A stretch of 62,477 nucleotides of DNA from an uncultured Ilumatobacter sp. (lineage in GTDB: Bacteria; Actinomycetota; Acidimicrobiia; Acidimicrobiales; Ilumatobacteraceae). The DNA is taken from assembly GCA_938044705.1 (NCBI GenBank), contig CALIOL010000028.1, positions 1 through 62,477 on the forward strand, in the 5' to 3' direction. This document shows, one piece after another, positions 47,794 to 56,234 of the stretch (positions within the stretch are counted from its first letter, which is position 1; each line of letters begins with the position of its first letter). A program made the translations under genes and the position numbers. A model generated the notes under the pieces. It made no database searches and was not told where the DNA came from. It worked only from the letters and a program-made list of their open reading frames with translations.

Positions 47794-48093
47794 ATGCTTG
47801 CTGCAAACTTCCTCCTGCTGGCTGCGGTGCTGTTCTGCATCGGCGTCTTCGGTGTCATCGCCCGCCGCAACGCGGTCATGGTGCTGATGTCGATCGAGCT
47901 GGTGCTGAACTCGGTGAACCTCAACCTCATCGCGTTCGCGCTGATGAACGACGATGTCGATGGGCAGGTCTTCGCCCTATTCGTCATCGGCATCGCCGCT
48001 GCCGAAGTCGGCGTCGGCCTCGCCATGGTTCTGCTGATCTACCGCAACCGTCGCTCGATCTCGCTCGATGAACTCTCGGAATTGAAGGGCTGA
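47794..48093 (+). CDS. nuoK: NADH-quinone oxidoreductase subunit K
   Basis: MSIELVLN and AAAEVGVGLA motifs. Confidence 0.95.
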   Translation: MLAANFLLLAAVLFCIGVFGVIARRNAVMVLMSIELVLNSVNLNLIAFALMNDDVDGQVFALFVIGIAAAEVGVGLAMVLLIYRNRRSISLDELSELKG

Positions 48094-48097
48094 CCCG

Positions 48098-50725
48098 GTG
48101 CTGGCAGCAGAAGTAAGCAACGAAGTTCAGGGAGCTCTCGAGCTGACCTCTGGCTTCTTCCTCGAGAACCTGTGGCTCGCGGCGCTCATCCCGGCGATCG
48201 GCTTCGCGCTGATCCTGTTCTTCGGCAAGAAGATGCCGAACGGCGGCTCCGAGTTCGGGCTCGCCTCGATGGCGGCGTCGCTCGTCGTCACCAGCGGTGC
48301 CGCGTGGCAGTGGCTGGCTCGCGTCGACTCCGGCAAGGAGAAGGGCGAAGAAGCGTTCGGTCTGCTGCAGACCTTCGGCCGATCGGTCCCGCGGGCCGCC
48401 GAAGGCGGCGAGGTCAAGCCGTACATCGAACCCGTCATCACCGAGTGGGTGTGGTGGCAGAACTCTGGCCTCGAGTTCGGCATCGGTTCGTTCGCCGACG
48501 GTCTCTCCGTCCTGCTCCTCTGGCTCGTGGCGTTCATCTCGCTGCTCGTGCAGATCTTCAGCCTCGACTACGTCCGCGGCGACCGTCGCTACACGCAGTT
48601 CTTCGCTGCTCTCACGCTCTTCTCCTCGGGCATGCTCGTCATGGTCATGGCGGGCAACATGGTCCAGCTCATCTTGGGCTGGGAGATCATGGGCCTCTGC
48701 TCGTTCATGCTGATCGGGCACTGGTGGGAGGACAAGTACAACAGCCACTCGGCGCTCAAGGCGTTCTTCACGGTCCGCGTCGGCGACATCGGGCTGCTCG
48801 TGGGTACGGCGGTCATCTACTTCGCGTCGGCCGACTGGATCGCTGAGAACCTGCCGGGCCAAAGCGGCTTCGACATCACCGCCATCCAGGCGTGGGCGCT
48901 GTCGGGCGACTCGTCTGCGAGCGGCGCGGCCATCATCGTCGGCGCTTCGGCATTGTTCATTGCCTGCATCGGCAAGTCGGGTCAGTTCCCGCTGCACACC
49001 TGGCTGCCTGACGCGATGGCGGGCCCGACGCCGGTGTCGTCGTTGCTGCACTCCTCGACCATGGTCGTGGCCGGCGTGTTCCTGGTCAGCCGCATCTACC
49101 CGGTGTTCTGGGAAGCGTTCAACATCGCCAACGGTGGACTCAGCTTCATCGCCGTGATCGGTGCGATCACGATCGTCGCCGCTGCGCTGCTGGCCTTCGT
49201 GCAGGACGACATCAAGAAGGTGCTCGCCTACTCGACGGTCTCACAGCTCGGTTACATGATGCTCGGGCTCGGCACGGGTGCCTGGCTGCCCGCCGTGTTC
49301 CACGTGTTCACCCACGCGTTCTTCAAGTGCTGCCTGTTCCTGTGCGCCGGATCCATCAGCCACTCCGGTTCGCATCACTCGTTCGACATGAAGAAGGACA
49401 TGGGCGGCCTGCGCAAGCACATGCCGGTCACGTTCGGAGCGTGGATCGTGTCCTCCCTGGCGCTCACCGGCATGATCCCGTTCGCCGGGTTCTGGTCGAA
49501 GGACGAGATCGTCGACAACGTCGGCAACAACGGTTACACGTTCCTGATGTGGGTCGGTCTCTTCGGTGCGCTCCTCACGGCGATGTACATGACTCGTGCG
49601 ACGTACCTCACGTTCTTCGGTGAGCCACGCGGGGCCGCTGCGGGCATTCATCACGATGACGACCACGGCTTCGCCACCGAGTTCCACGAGACGATCCTGC
49701 ACGCCGAAGACATCGACCGCGAACTGGTCACCGCCGGAGCGCCGGCCAAGTCGTTGAGCGCCGCTGCGGCGCACAGCGAAGACCACCATGACGATGACGG
49801 CCACGACGATCACCACGGTGACCATGGCGATCACGGACCGCACGAGTCGGGCAAGCTGATCACCGTCCCGATCGTGATCCTCGCGTTCCTGGCGCTCACC
49901 TCCGGCTTCGCCAACCCGACGCCGCTCGTTCACCCCTTCGGAGTGGCCGGCGAGAGCGTCGAACGCATCAAGACCTATGTCGAACCGCGTGCGGTCCCTG
50001 TCGACATCGAAGTCGTCGGTGGCGTCAGCCACGCTGACGATCACGGCGACGACCACGGTGATGACCACAGCGAAGAAGCACTGGCACCGGCCTCGGTCGA
50101 CCAACTGTCGCTCGTCGGTAACGGCGTGCTCGCCGCCGACGCCGAAGGAGAAGACGGCAAGAAGGAAGGCTGCGGTTTCACCACGCCGGCCGAAGGTTCG
50201 GTCTGCTTCTTCCCGGCGGTCTCCCACGCCGTGCCGACGTACGGCAAGATCGCGTTGGCACTGATCATCGTGCTGGTGGGCTACGCGCTCGCCGGTGCCT
50301 TCTGCGTTGCGTACTATGGGCGCAAGGACGAGCGCCTCGTCGGCCTCACCGAGCGCAACGCTGTCGCTCGAGGCGGCTACCTGTTCTTGAAGAACAAGTA
50401 CTACCTCGACATTCTCTACGAGCGCTTCATCGTCCGCTTCGTCGCTCACCCGCTGTCGAAGGCTGCCTACTGGGTCAACCAGAACGTCCTCGACGGAACG
50501 GTCAACAAGGTCGGCGAAACCAGCAAGAACACCGGCACCTGGATCTACAACAACATCGACCAGAAGGTCGTGGACGGGGCCGTGAACGGCTCCGGAACCG
50601 TGGCTTCCGAGACCGGACACGGCCTGCAGAGCACGCAGTCCGGCAAGGTCAACCAATACGGCGCCCTCATCTTCGGCGCTGCCGCTGTGGGCGCCATCGT
50701 CCTCGTCATCCTCAACGTCAACTGA
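48098..50725 (+). CDS. nuoL: NADH-quinone oxidoreductase subunit L (enlarged, 875 aa)
   Basis: GKSGQFPLHTWLPDAMAGPTPVS, DIKKVLAYST.SQLGYM and HAFFK motifs; His/Asp-rich insertions. Confidence 0.95.
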   Translation: MLAAEVSNEVQGALELTSGFFLENLWLAALIPAIGFALILFFGKKMPNGGSEFGLASMAASLVVTSGAAWQWLARVDSGKEKGEEAFGLLQTFGRSVPRAAEGGEVKPYIEPVITEWVWWQNSGLEFGIGSFADGLSVLLLWLVAFISLLVQIFSLDYVRGDRRYTQFFAALTLFSSGMLVMVMAGNMVQLILGWEIMGLCSFMLIGHWWEDKYNSHSALKAFFTVRVGDIGLLVGTAVIYFASADWIAENLPGQSGFDITAIQAWALSGDSSASGAAIIVGASALFIACIGKSGQFPLHTWLPDAMAGPTPVSSLLHSSTMVVAGVFLVSRIYPVFWEAFNIANGGLSFIAVIGAITIVAAALLAFVQDDIKKVLAYSTVSQLGYMMLGLGTGAWLPAVFHVFTHAFFKCCLFLCAGSISHSGSHHSFDMKKDMGGLRKHMPVTFGAWIVSSLALTGMIPFAGFWSKDEIVDNVGNNGYTFLMWVGLFGALLTAMYMTRATYLTFFGEPRGAAAGIHHDDDHGFATEFHETILHAEDIDRELVTAGAPAKSLSAAAAHSEDHHDDDGHDDHHGDHGDHGPHESGKLITVPIVILAFLALTSGFANPTPLVHPFGVAGESVERIKTYVEPRAVPVDIEVVGGVSHADDHGDDHGDDHSEEALAPASVDQLSLVGNGVLAADAEGEDGKKEGCGFTTPAEGSVCFFPAVSHAVPTYGKIALALIIVLVGYALAGAFCVAYYGRKDERLVGLTERNAVARGGYLFLKNKYYLDILYERFIVRFVAHPLSKAAYWVNQNVLDGTVNKVGETSKNTGTWIYNNIDQKVVDGAVNGSGTVASETGHGLQSTQSGKVNQYGALIFGAAAVGAIVLVILNVN

Positions 50726-50785
50726 CCCGGCGACCTCAACGTCCCATCGCGAACGAACTTTCGAAGCAACGAGAAACGAAACATC

Positions 50786-52423
50786 ATGAACAACCTCACT
50801 GACAGCAACTGGGTTCTGAGCCTCGGGACGTTCCTCCCGCTGCTTGGCGCCGTCGTCATCATGTTCTTCACGAGCAAGGACGATGACCAGACCCCCAAGG
50901 TCATCGGCATCGTCACCGCAGCTGCGACCCTCGCAGTGGGCGTGTACACCTTGATCCAGTTCGACTACGACCAGGCCGACAGGCTGCAGTTCTTCGTCGA
51001 CGCCGAGTGGATCGAAGTGATTTCCTCGGGCTACACGATCGGCCTGGACGGCATCAGCCTGCCGCTGTACTTCCTGTCGATGGTCGTCACCTTGCTGGTG
51101 ATGATCTACACCTGGGACAACATGCCCGACGCCGGCAACCCGAAGGCGTTCTATTCTCTGATGCTGATCCTGCAGACCGGCATGGCGGGATCGTTCATCG
51201 CGCAGGACCTGATCCTCTTCTTCGTCTTCTTCGAAGTGGTGTTGCTGCCGATGTACTTCATGATCGGCGTGTGGGGCGGCGAGCAGCGCAAGTACGCCTC
51301 GCTCAAGTTCTTCCTCTACACGATGTTCGGCTCGGCATTCATGCTCGTTGCCTTCCTCGCCTTGTTCTTCCAGGCCGGCGATGCCGCCGGCGGCGTCGAG
51401 AGCTTCGGCTTCGCTCACCTCTACGAGTTCGGTGCGCTGATCGATCGCGACGTGCAGGTGTGGATCTTCGCGGGCATGTTCCTCGGCTTCGCCGTCAAGG
51501 TGCCGATGTTCCCCTTCCACACGTGGCTGCCCGACGCGCACACGCAGGCCCCGACGCAGGGCTCGGTCATCCTCGCTGCGATCCTGCTCAAGCTCGGTAC
51601 CTACGGCTTCGTGCGTATCGCCCTGCCGATGCTGCCGAAGGGTGCCGAAGCGTGGGCGCCGGTCATCGGCATCCTCGCCGTGATCGGCATCATCTACGGC
51701 GCACTCGGCTGCCTCGCCCAGACCGACATGAAGCGACTCATCGCGTTCTCCTCGGTCGCTCACATGGGCTACGTGATGCTCGGCATCTCGACGCTCACCG
51801 AATTCGGCATCAACGCAGCGCTGTACGGCATGGTCGCCCACGGCCTGATCACCGGCATGCTCTTCTTCGTCGCTGGGTCCGTGAAGCACCGCTACCACAC
51901 GCTCGAGATCAAGCGCCTCAGCGGCATGCTCCTCCAGATGCCGAAGATGGGGTGGATCCTCGGCTTCGCTGCCATGGCATCGCTCGGCCTCCCGGGTCTT
52001 GCAGGCTTCTGGGGCGAGTTCCCTGCGATCCTGTCGGCGTACAACCCGAACGAAGCGCTCAGCGAAGAGTTGTTCCGAGTGCTCATGGTGGTTGCTGCAG
52101 TCGGCACCGTGCTCGCCGCCGCCTACCTCCTCTGGCTGTACCAGCGCACCGCATTCGGTGAACCCGGCGACGAGTTCAAGGGCCAGTCCGAAGTCGAACA
52201 GGGCAAGCACGAAGGCTTGGCGCACTCGCTCAGCTCGGCCGCCAACGACCACGGCGATCACGAAGTGATCAAGGACGTGCAGCGCACCGAGTGGATCGCG
52301 TGGACGCCGTTCCTCATCGCGATCGTCGTGTTCGGTGTGTACCCGCAGCTGATGTTCCAAGTGCTCGACCCCGCTGTCACGGCACTGGTTGAGACGATCA
52401 ACGCGGGAATCAAGCTCCCGTGA
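50786..52423 (+). CDS. nuoM: NADH-quinone oxidoreductase subunit M
   Basis: KFFLYT, HTWLPDAH, LKLGTYG and D.KRLIAFSS motifs. Confidence 0.96.
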   Translation: MNNLTDSNWVLSLGTFLPLLGAVVIMFFTSKDDDQTPKVIGIVTAAATLAVGVYTLIQFDYDQADRLQFFVDAEWIEVISSGYTIGLDGISLPLYFLSMVVTLLVMIYTWDNMPDAGNPKAFYSLMLILQTGMAGSFIAQDLILFFVFFEVVLLPMYFMIGVWGGEQRKYASLKFFLYTMFGSAFMLVAFLALFFQAGDAAGGVESFGFAHLYEFGALIDRDVQVWIFAGMFLGFAVKVPMFPFHTWLPDAHTQAPTQGSVILAAILLKLGTYGFVRIALPMLPKGAEAWAPVIGILAVIGIIYGALGCLAQTDMKRLIAFSSVAHMGYVMLGISTLTEFGINAALYGMVAHGLITGMLFFVAGSVKHRYHTLEIKRLSGMLLQMPKMGWILGFAAMASLGLPGLAGFWGEFPAILSAYNPNEALSEELFRVLMVVAAVGTVLAAAYLLWLYQRTAFGEPGDEFKGQSEVEQGKHEGLAHSLSSAANDHGDHEVIKDVQRTEWIAWTPFLIAIVVFGVYPQLMFQVLDPAVTALVETINAGIKLP

Positions 52424-53949
52424 TCGCCCTGCTCTCGTCAGCGCTTGCTCAGGCAGATGAGTGGGTGTCGCCCGCCATCGACTGGCATGCGATCGCGCCC
52501 GAGCTGATCCTCGTGATCGGCATCAACCTGGTGCTGCTGATCGATCTCAACATCGGCGAGTCCAAGAAGTGGACCATGGCCACCCTGTCTGGCTTCGTAG
52601 TGTTGGCCGCATTCATCCCCGTGATCACGCTCGGGCTCGAACTCGACGGCGTTCCGAGAGAGATGTTCGACGGGCGGTACGTCATCGACGAATACGCGCT
52701 CGTGCTCAAAGCGTTCTTCTTGCTCGTCGCCTACGTGATCATCTTGATCAGCCAGAACGAACTCGAAGAGGGCGGCTACTACCAGGGCGAGTTCTACGTC
52801 CTCATGCTGTGTTCAGTGCTCGGCATGGTGATGATGACCTCGTCGCGAGACCTCGTCTCCATCTTCGTCTCGCTCGAGTTGCTGTCGATCCCGGCCTACA
52901 TGATGGCGGCGTGGCGCAAGCGCTCGTCGGTGTCCAACGAGGCCGGCGTGAAGTACTACCTCCTCGGTGTGTTCGCCTCAGCGATCATGCTGTTCGGCAT
53001 GTCGTACCTGTACGGCATCACCGGCACGACCAAACTCGTCGACATCGGTGCGCAGCTCACCAACGGGGATCTGAACGGCCTTGCGGTCGTCGGTATCGCA
53101 TTCGTCCTCGTCGGCTTCGCGTTCAAGGTGTCCGCCGTACCGTTCCACACCTGGGCGCCCGATACGTATGAAGGCGCGCCGACCCCGGTGACGGCGTTCC
53201 TGTCGGTGGCCTCCAAGGCGGCCGGTTTCGTCGCGCTGGTCACCCTCGTCTACACGGCGTTCCCCGGTGCCAGTGACGTGTACGGCCCGATGATCTGGGT
53301 CATGGCAGCGTTGACGATGACCGTCGGCAACGTGCTCGCGCTGCGTCAGTCGAACATCGTGCGCATGCTCGCGTACTCCTCGGTGAGCCAGGGCGGCTTC
53401 ATCTTGATGCCGCTCGCCTTCGCCGGTGACCCGAACGCGTCGGGATCGGCCCTCAATGCCGTCGTCGTGTACCTCCTGGTCTACGCATTCATGAACCTCG
53501 GTGCGTTCGCCGTGGTCATTGCGGTCAGCCGCAAGACCAACTCGGGGGAGATCTCCTCGTTCGGCGGTCTGTTCAACTACGCACCAGGCATGGCCGTTGC
53601 GATGACGGTCTTCATGGCGTCGCTCGCCGGCATCCCGCCGCTCGGCGGATGGTTCGCCAAGTTCAACGCCTTCAAGGCGGTGCTCGATGCTGGCAACACG
53701 CCCGCCTACGTGCTCGCGTGTATCGCGGCGGTCAATACCGTGATCTCGGCGGCGTACTACTTCAAGGTGCTCCGCACCGTCTGGGTCGACGACGCTCCGG
53801 ACGGCAACACGGCGCCGATCAACCCGCCGCAGCCGATCGTTGCCGCTTTGGCGATCACCGTGATCGGCACGATCGTCGTGGGCGTGTATCCGCGCCTCGT
53901 CGCCGGGTTCGGGGAGCTGTCGGATCTCGCCGGCGCCCTCGGCGGCTGA
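52420..53949 (+). CDS. nuoN: NADH-quinone oxidoreductase subunit N
   Basis: EAGVKYY, FK...VPFH.W.PD.YEGAP and RMLAYSS motifs. Confidence 0.96.
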   Translation: MIALLSSALAQADEWVSPAIDWHAIAPELILVIGINLVLLIDLNIGESKKWTMATLSGFVVLAAFIPVITLGLELDGVPREMFDGRYVIDEYALVLKAFFLLVAYVIILISQNELEEGGYYQGEFYVLMLCSVLGMVMMTSSRDLVSIFVSLELLSIPAYMMAAWRKRSSVSNEAGVKYYLLGVFASAIMLFGMSYLYGITGTTKLVDIGAQLTNGDLNGLAVVGIAFVLVGFAFKVSAVPFHTWAPDTYEGAPTPVTAFLSVASKAAGFVALVTLVYTAFPGASDVYGPMIWVMAALTMTVGNVLALRQSNIVRMLAYSSVSQGGFILMPLAFAGDPNASGSALNAVVVYLLVYAFMNLGAFAVVIAVSRKTNSGEISSFGGLFNYAPGMAVAMTVFMASLAGIPPLGGWFAKFNAFKAVLDAGNTPAYVLACIAAVNTVISAAYYFKVLRTVWVDDAPDGNTAPINPPQPIVAALAITVIGTIVVGVYPRLVAGFGELSDLAGALGG

Positions 53950-53975
53950 GACGGGCTGCCTGATCCCGTCTCAGC
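53945..53975. terminator. hairpin between convergent genes (putative terminator)
   Basis: GCTGAGACGGG-N9-CCCGTCTCAGC, perfect 11-bp stem at the nuoN stop. Confidence 0.65.
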
Positions 53976-53993
53976 GTCGCACGATGACTCCGT

Positions 53994-54977
53994 TTACTCT
54001 GCTGGATTGAACGTCGCGACGAGCGCAATCGACTCGAGACGACTGTCGGCTGATCCGGCACCTGCGTGATCGCACACGAGGTTGAAGGTGTACGTCCCTG
54101 CCAGCAGTGGTGAGTACAGGCGTACGCCTGCCAGCTGACCGTGTTGGCCGTCGCCGGCTCCGCCCGATTCCCATCGCTGCACGTGGCCGAACTCGATTGC
54201 GGAGCCTGTGGTGATGGAACATCTCACCTCGTCATCGGCGGTTGGTTCGCCGGTGTTCGCCGACGAGACGACGGTCACCGAGCCGGTGGCGGGTACGACC
54301 ATCTCGACGCTGGCGACGATCTCATCGTCTGTGCCGACGACGGACGCAACCGAGTTGTCGGTCTTCGAGAACGGTTGCGAGTTCTCGAGTGCCGCGACCT
54401 TCTCCTGGAGCTCCTCGAACTGTTCGAGCAGCTCGTCGTCGAAGCCGCTCGCAAGGGTGTAGCCGACGATGTCGACGAGAATGTCCGTTGTCGGGCCAGC
54501 GACCTCGAATGCGTTGTAGGTGATCTCGATCTCCCCGGTACCCGGCCCGGTGATCGGCACTTCGACCTGCACCGAGTTCGGATTCGTCTGACCAGCGGTG
54601 AAGTTCACGTTCGATGTCGTCGGGTCGCCTGCAGCCTCGGCGGGCCGCACGGAGATGAATCCGCCTGCTTCGGCGCCGACCGGGGTGACGTTGAGCAGCA
54701 CGCCGGTTGCTCCTTCAGGCACGACGATCATGTCGCCGGTGGCGGTCGGAATCTCCCCGGTGACGCGCAGGTCTTGTGAGACGGGCGATACGAACGGTCC
54801 GGGAAGACCGAGGTCGATGCCGTCGCGTGTGTCCAGAACTCGTGCCGGCTCGATCAATACGACCGAGGAGGGCGGCGACGCCGCGTGCGTGACCCACGCC
54901 CCTCCCGCCCCGACCGCGACCGCTACGGCTGCGCCGACCGCAGCCCAGCGTGCCCGCATTGTGTGTGGTGTTTTCAT
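53994..54977 (-). CDS. secreted or surface hypothetical protein with central coiled coil
   Basis: Signal-like RARWAAVGAAVAVAVGAGG; P.RVLDTR...VP.GATGV.LNVT...D.LVDIVGY domain; LLEQFEELQEKVAALE. Confidence 0.8.
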   Translation of the reverse strand: MKTPHTMRARWAAVGAAVAVAVGAGGAWVTHAASPPSSVVLIEPARVLDTRDGIDLGLPGPFVSPVSQDLRVTGEIPTATGDMIVVPEGATGVLLNVTPVGAEAGGFISVRPAEAAGDPTTSNVNFTAGQTNPNSVQVEVPITGPGTGEIEITYNAFEVAGPTTDILVDIVGYTLASGFDDELLEQFEELQEKVAALENSQPFSKTDNSVASVVGTDDEIVASVEMVVPATGSVTVVSSANTGEPTADDEVRCSITTGSAIEFGHVQRWESGGAGDGQHGQLAGVRLYSPLLAGTYTFNLVCDHAGAGSADSRLESIALVATFNPAE

Positions 54978-55172
54978 CAGCTTCTCCCTTGGGTTCGCGC
55001 CGCAGTCGATCTGCGAGGCGTTGCCCAACAGGCGTGAGACGCCACCTCACAGTGTGAGAAACAGACGTGCGTGTGCGATACGTCACGTCGCGCGGCGCAG
55101 TTCTCCTGAGCGGTGTGTTCGGGCGGACGCTTGGCATCGGAAGCTGCGTCGGAGTGGGCCAGACTGGCGGTC

Positions 55173-56156
55173 ATGACACCGCCGGTCTCGTTCGAAGAGT
55201 TCATGAGCGAAGCGCTCTATGGGCCGGGTGGCTTCTACACCGAGACGGGTTCTGCTGGTCGGCGCGGTGACTTCATCACGTCGCCGGAGGTGGGGCCGTT
55301 GTTCGGAGCGGTGCTCGCTCGGTACCTCGACGTCGAGTGGCGCCGACTCGGGTCGCCTGCGAAGTTCACGGTCGTCGACGCTGGAGCGGGCCCGGGAACG
55401 TTGGCACGCTCAGTCCTCGCCGCAGCGCCCGACTGTGCGGCGGCCATGCACTATGTGGCCGTCGAAGTCTCGGCCGCTCAACGCGCACGTCATCCGGATG
55501 GTGTCGAGTCGACCGACGCGCTGCCCGCTGCGCCGTTCGACGGCGTGATCGTTGCGAACGAACTGCTGGACAACCTGCCCTTCCGGCTCGCCGTGTTCGA
55601 CCAAGGGTGGCGCGAGGCGCACGCCGAGACGACGGGCAACGGCCAGTGGATCGAGCGTCTCAGCAAGCCCCTCGATCCGGTTCCTGCCGTGCTGCCAGCC
55701 AAGGGGACAATCGGAGCTCGGGCGCCGATCATCGATCGGGCGAACGCCTGGGTCGGTGATGCCCGGAGCCGACTGCGGTCCGGTTCGCTCCTCGTCATCG
55801 ACTATGGCGTGGCCCGCACCGCGGAGCTGGCGATGCGGCCCTGGCGAGACTGGCTGCGCACGTACCGCGGCAACGAACGCGGCGAGCACTATTTGCGCGG
55901 GCCCGGCACCCAAGACATCACGACCGACGTTCCGTTCGATCAGCTGCCCGAGCCGGACTCGATTCGGACCCAGGCACAGTTTCTCCAGCTCCATGGCATC
56001 ACCGAATTGGTGGACGAAGGTCGACGGATCTGGACCGAGCAGGCCGCTCGCCCCGGACTCGAAGCAATGCGGATGCGGAGCCGGATCAGCGAGTCCGAGG
56101 CGCTCCTCGACCCGACGGGGCTGGGTGGTTTCCTCGTTGCACATTGGCGTGCGTGA
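55173..56156 (+). CDS. SAM-dependent methyltransferase, MidA/NDUFAF7 (DUF185) family
   Basis: F.EFM..ALY...GFY, GDFITSPE, DAGAG.G.LA, ANELLDNLP, IDYG and PG.QDIT motifs. Confidence 0.9.
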   Translation: MTPPVSFEEFMSEALYGPGGFYTETGSAGRRGDFITSPEVGPLFGAVLARYLDVEWRRLGSPAKFTVVDAGAGPGTLARSVLAAAPDCAAAMHYVAVEVSAAQRARHPDGVESTDALPAAPFDGVIVANELLDNLPFRLAVFDQGWREAHAETTGNGQWIERLSKPLDPVPAVLPAKGTIGARAPIIDRANAWVGDARSRLRSGSLLVIDYGVARTAELAMRPWRDWLRTYRGNERGEHYLRGPGTQDITTDVPFDQLPEPDSIRTQAQFLQLHGITELVDEGRRIWTEQAARPGLEAMRMRSRISESEALLDPTGLGGFLVAHWRA

Positions 56157-56234
56157 CGGAGGAGAACGAAAAGGGGAGTGATCCCCGCGCGAATGTTGGC
56201 ATTCGGTTACCACCCGCCGCGTATGGTTCTCACC

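Noticed and set aside
49241-52360. 1039-aa minus-strand ORF (similarly 13133-15790, 8607-11045, 40575-42596, 56298-58304)
   Set aside because: Antisense shadows of well-supported genes; expected from high-GC codon bias and lacking recognisable motifs.
48098-52423. '2M' complex I explaining the long NuoL
   Set aside because: Only one nuoM is present, and the insertions lie before the lateral helix region rather than within it.
55031-55058. Short palindromes GGCGT-GAG-ACGCC and CTCAC-AGT-GTGAG in a divergent promoter region
   Set aside because: Arms of only 5 bp with no second occurrence noticed; compatible with chance.
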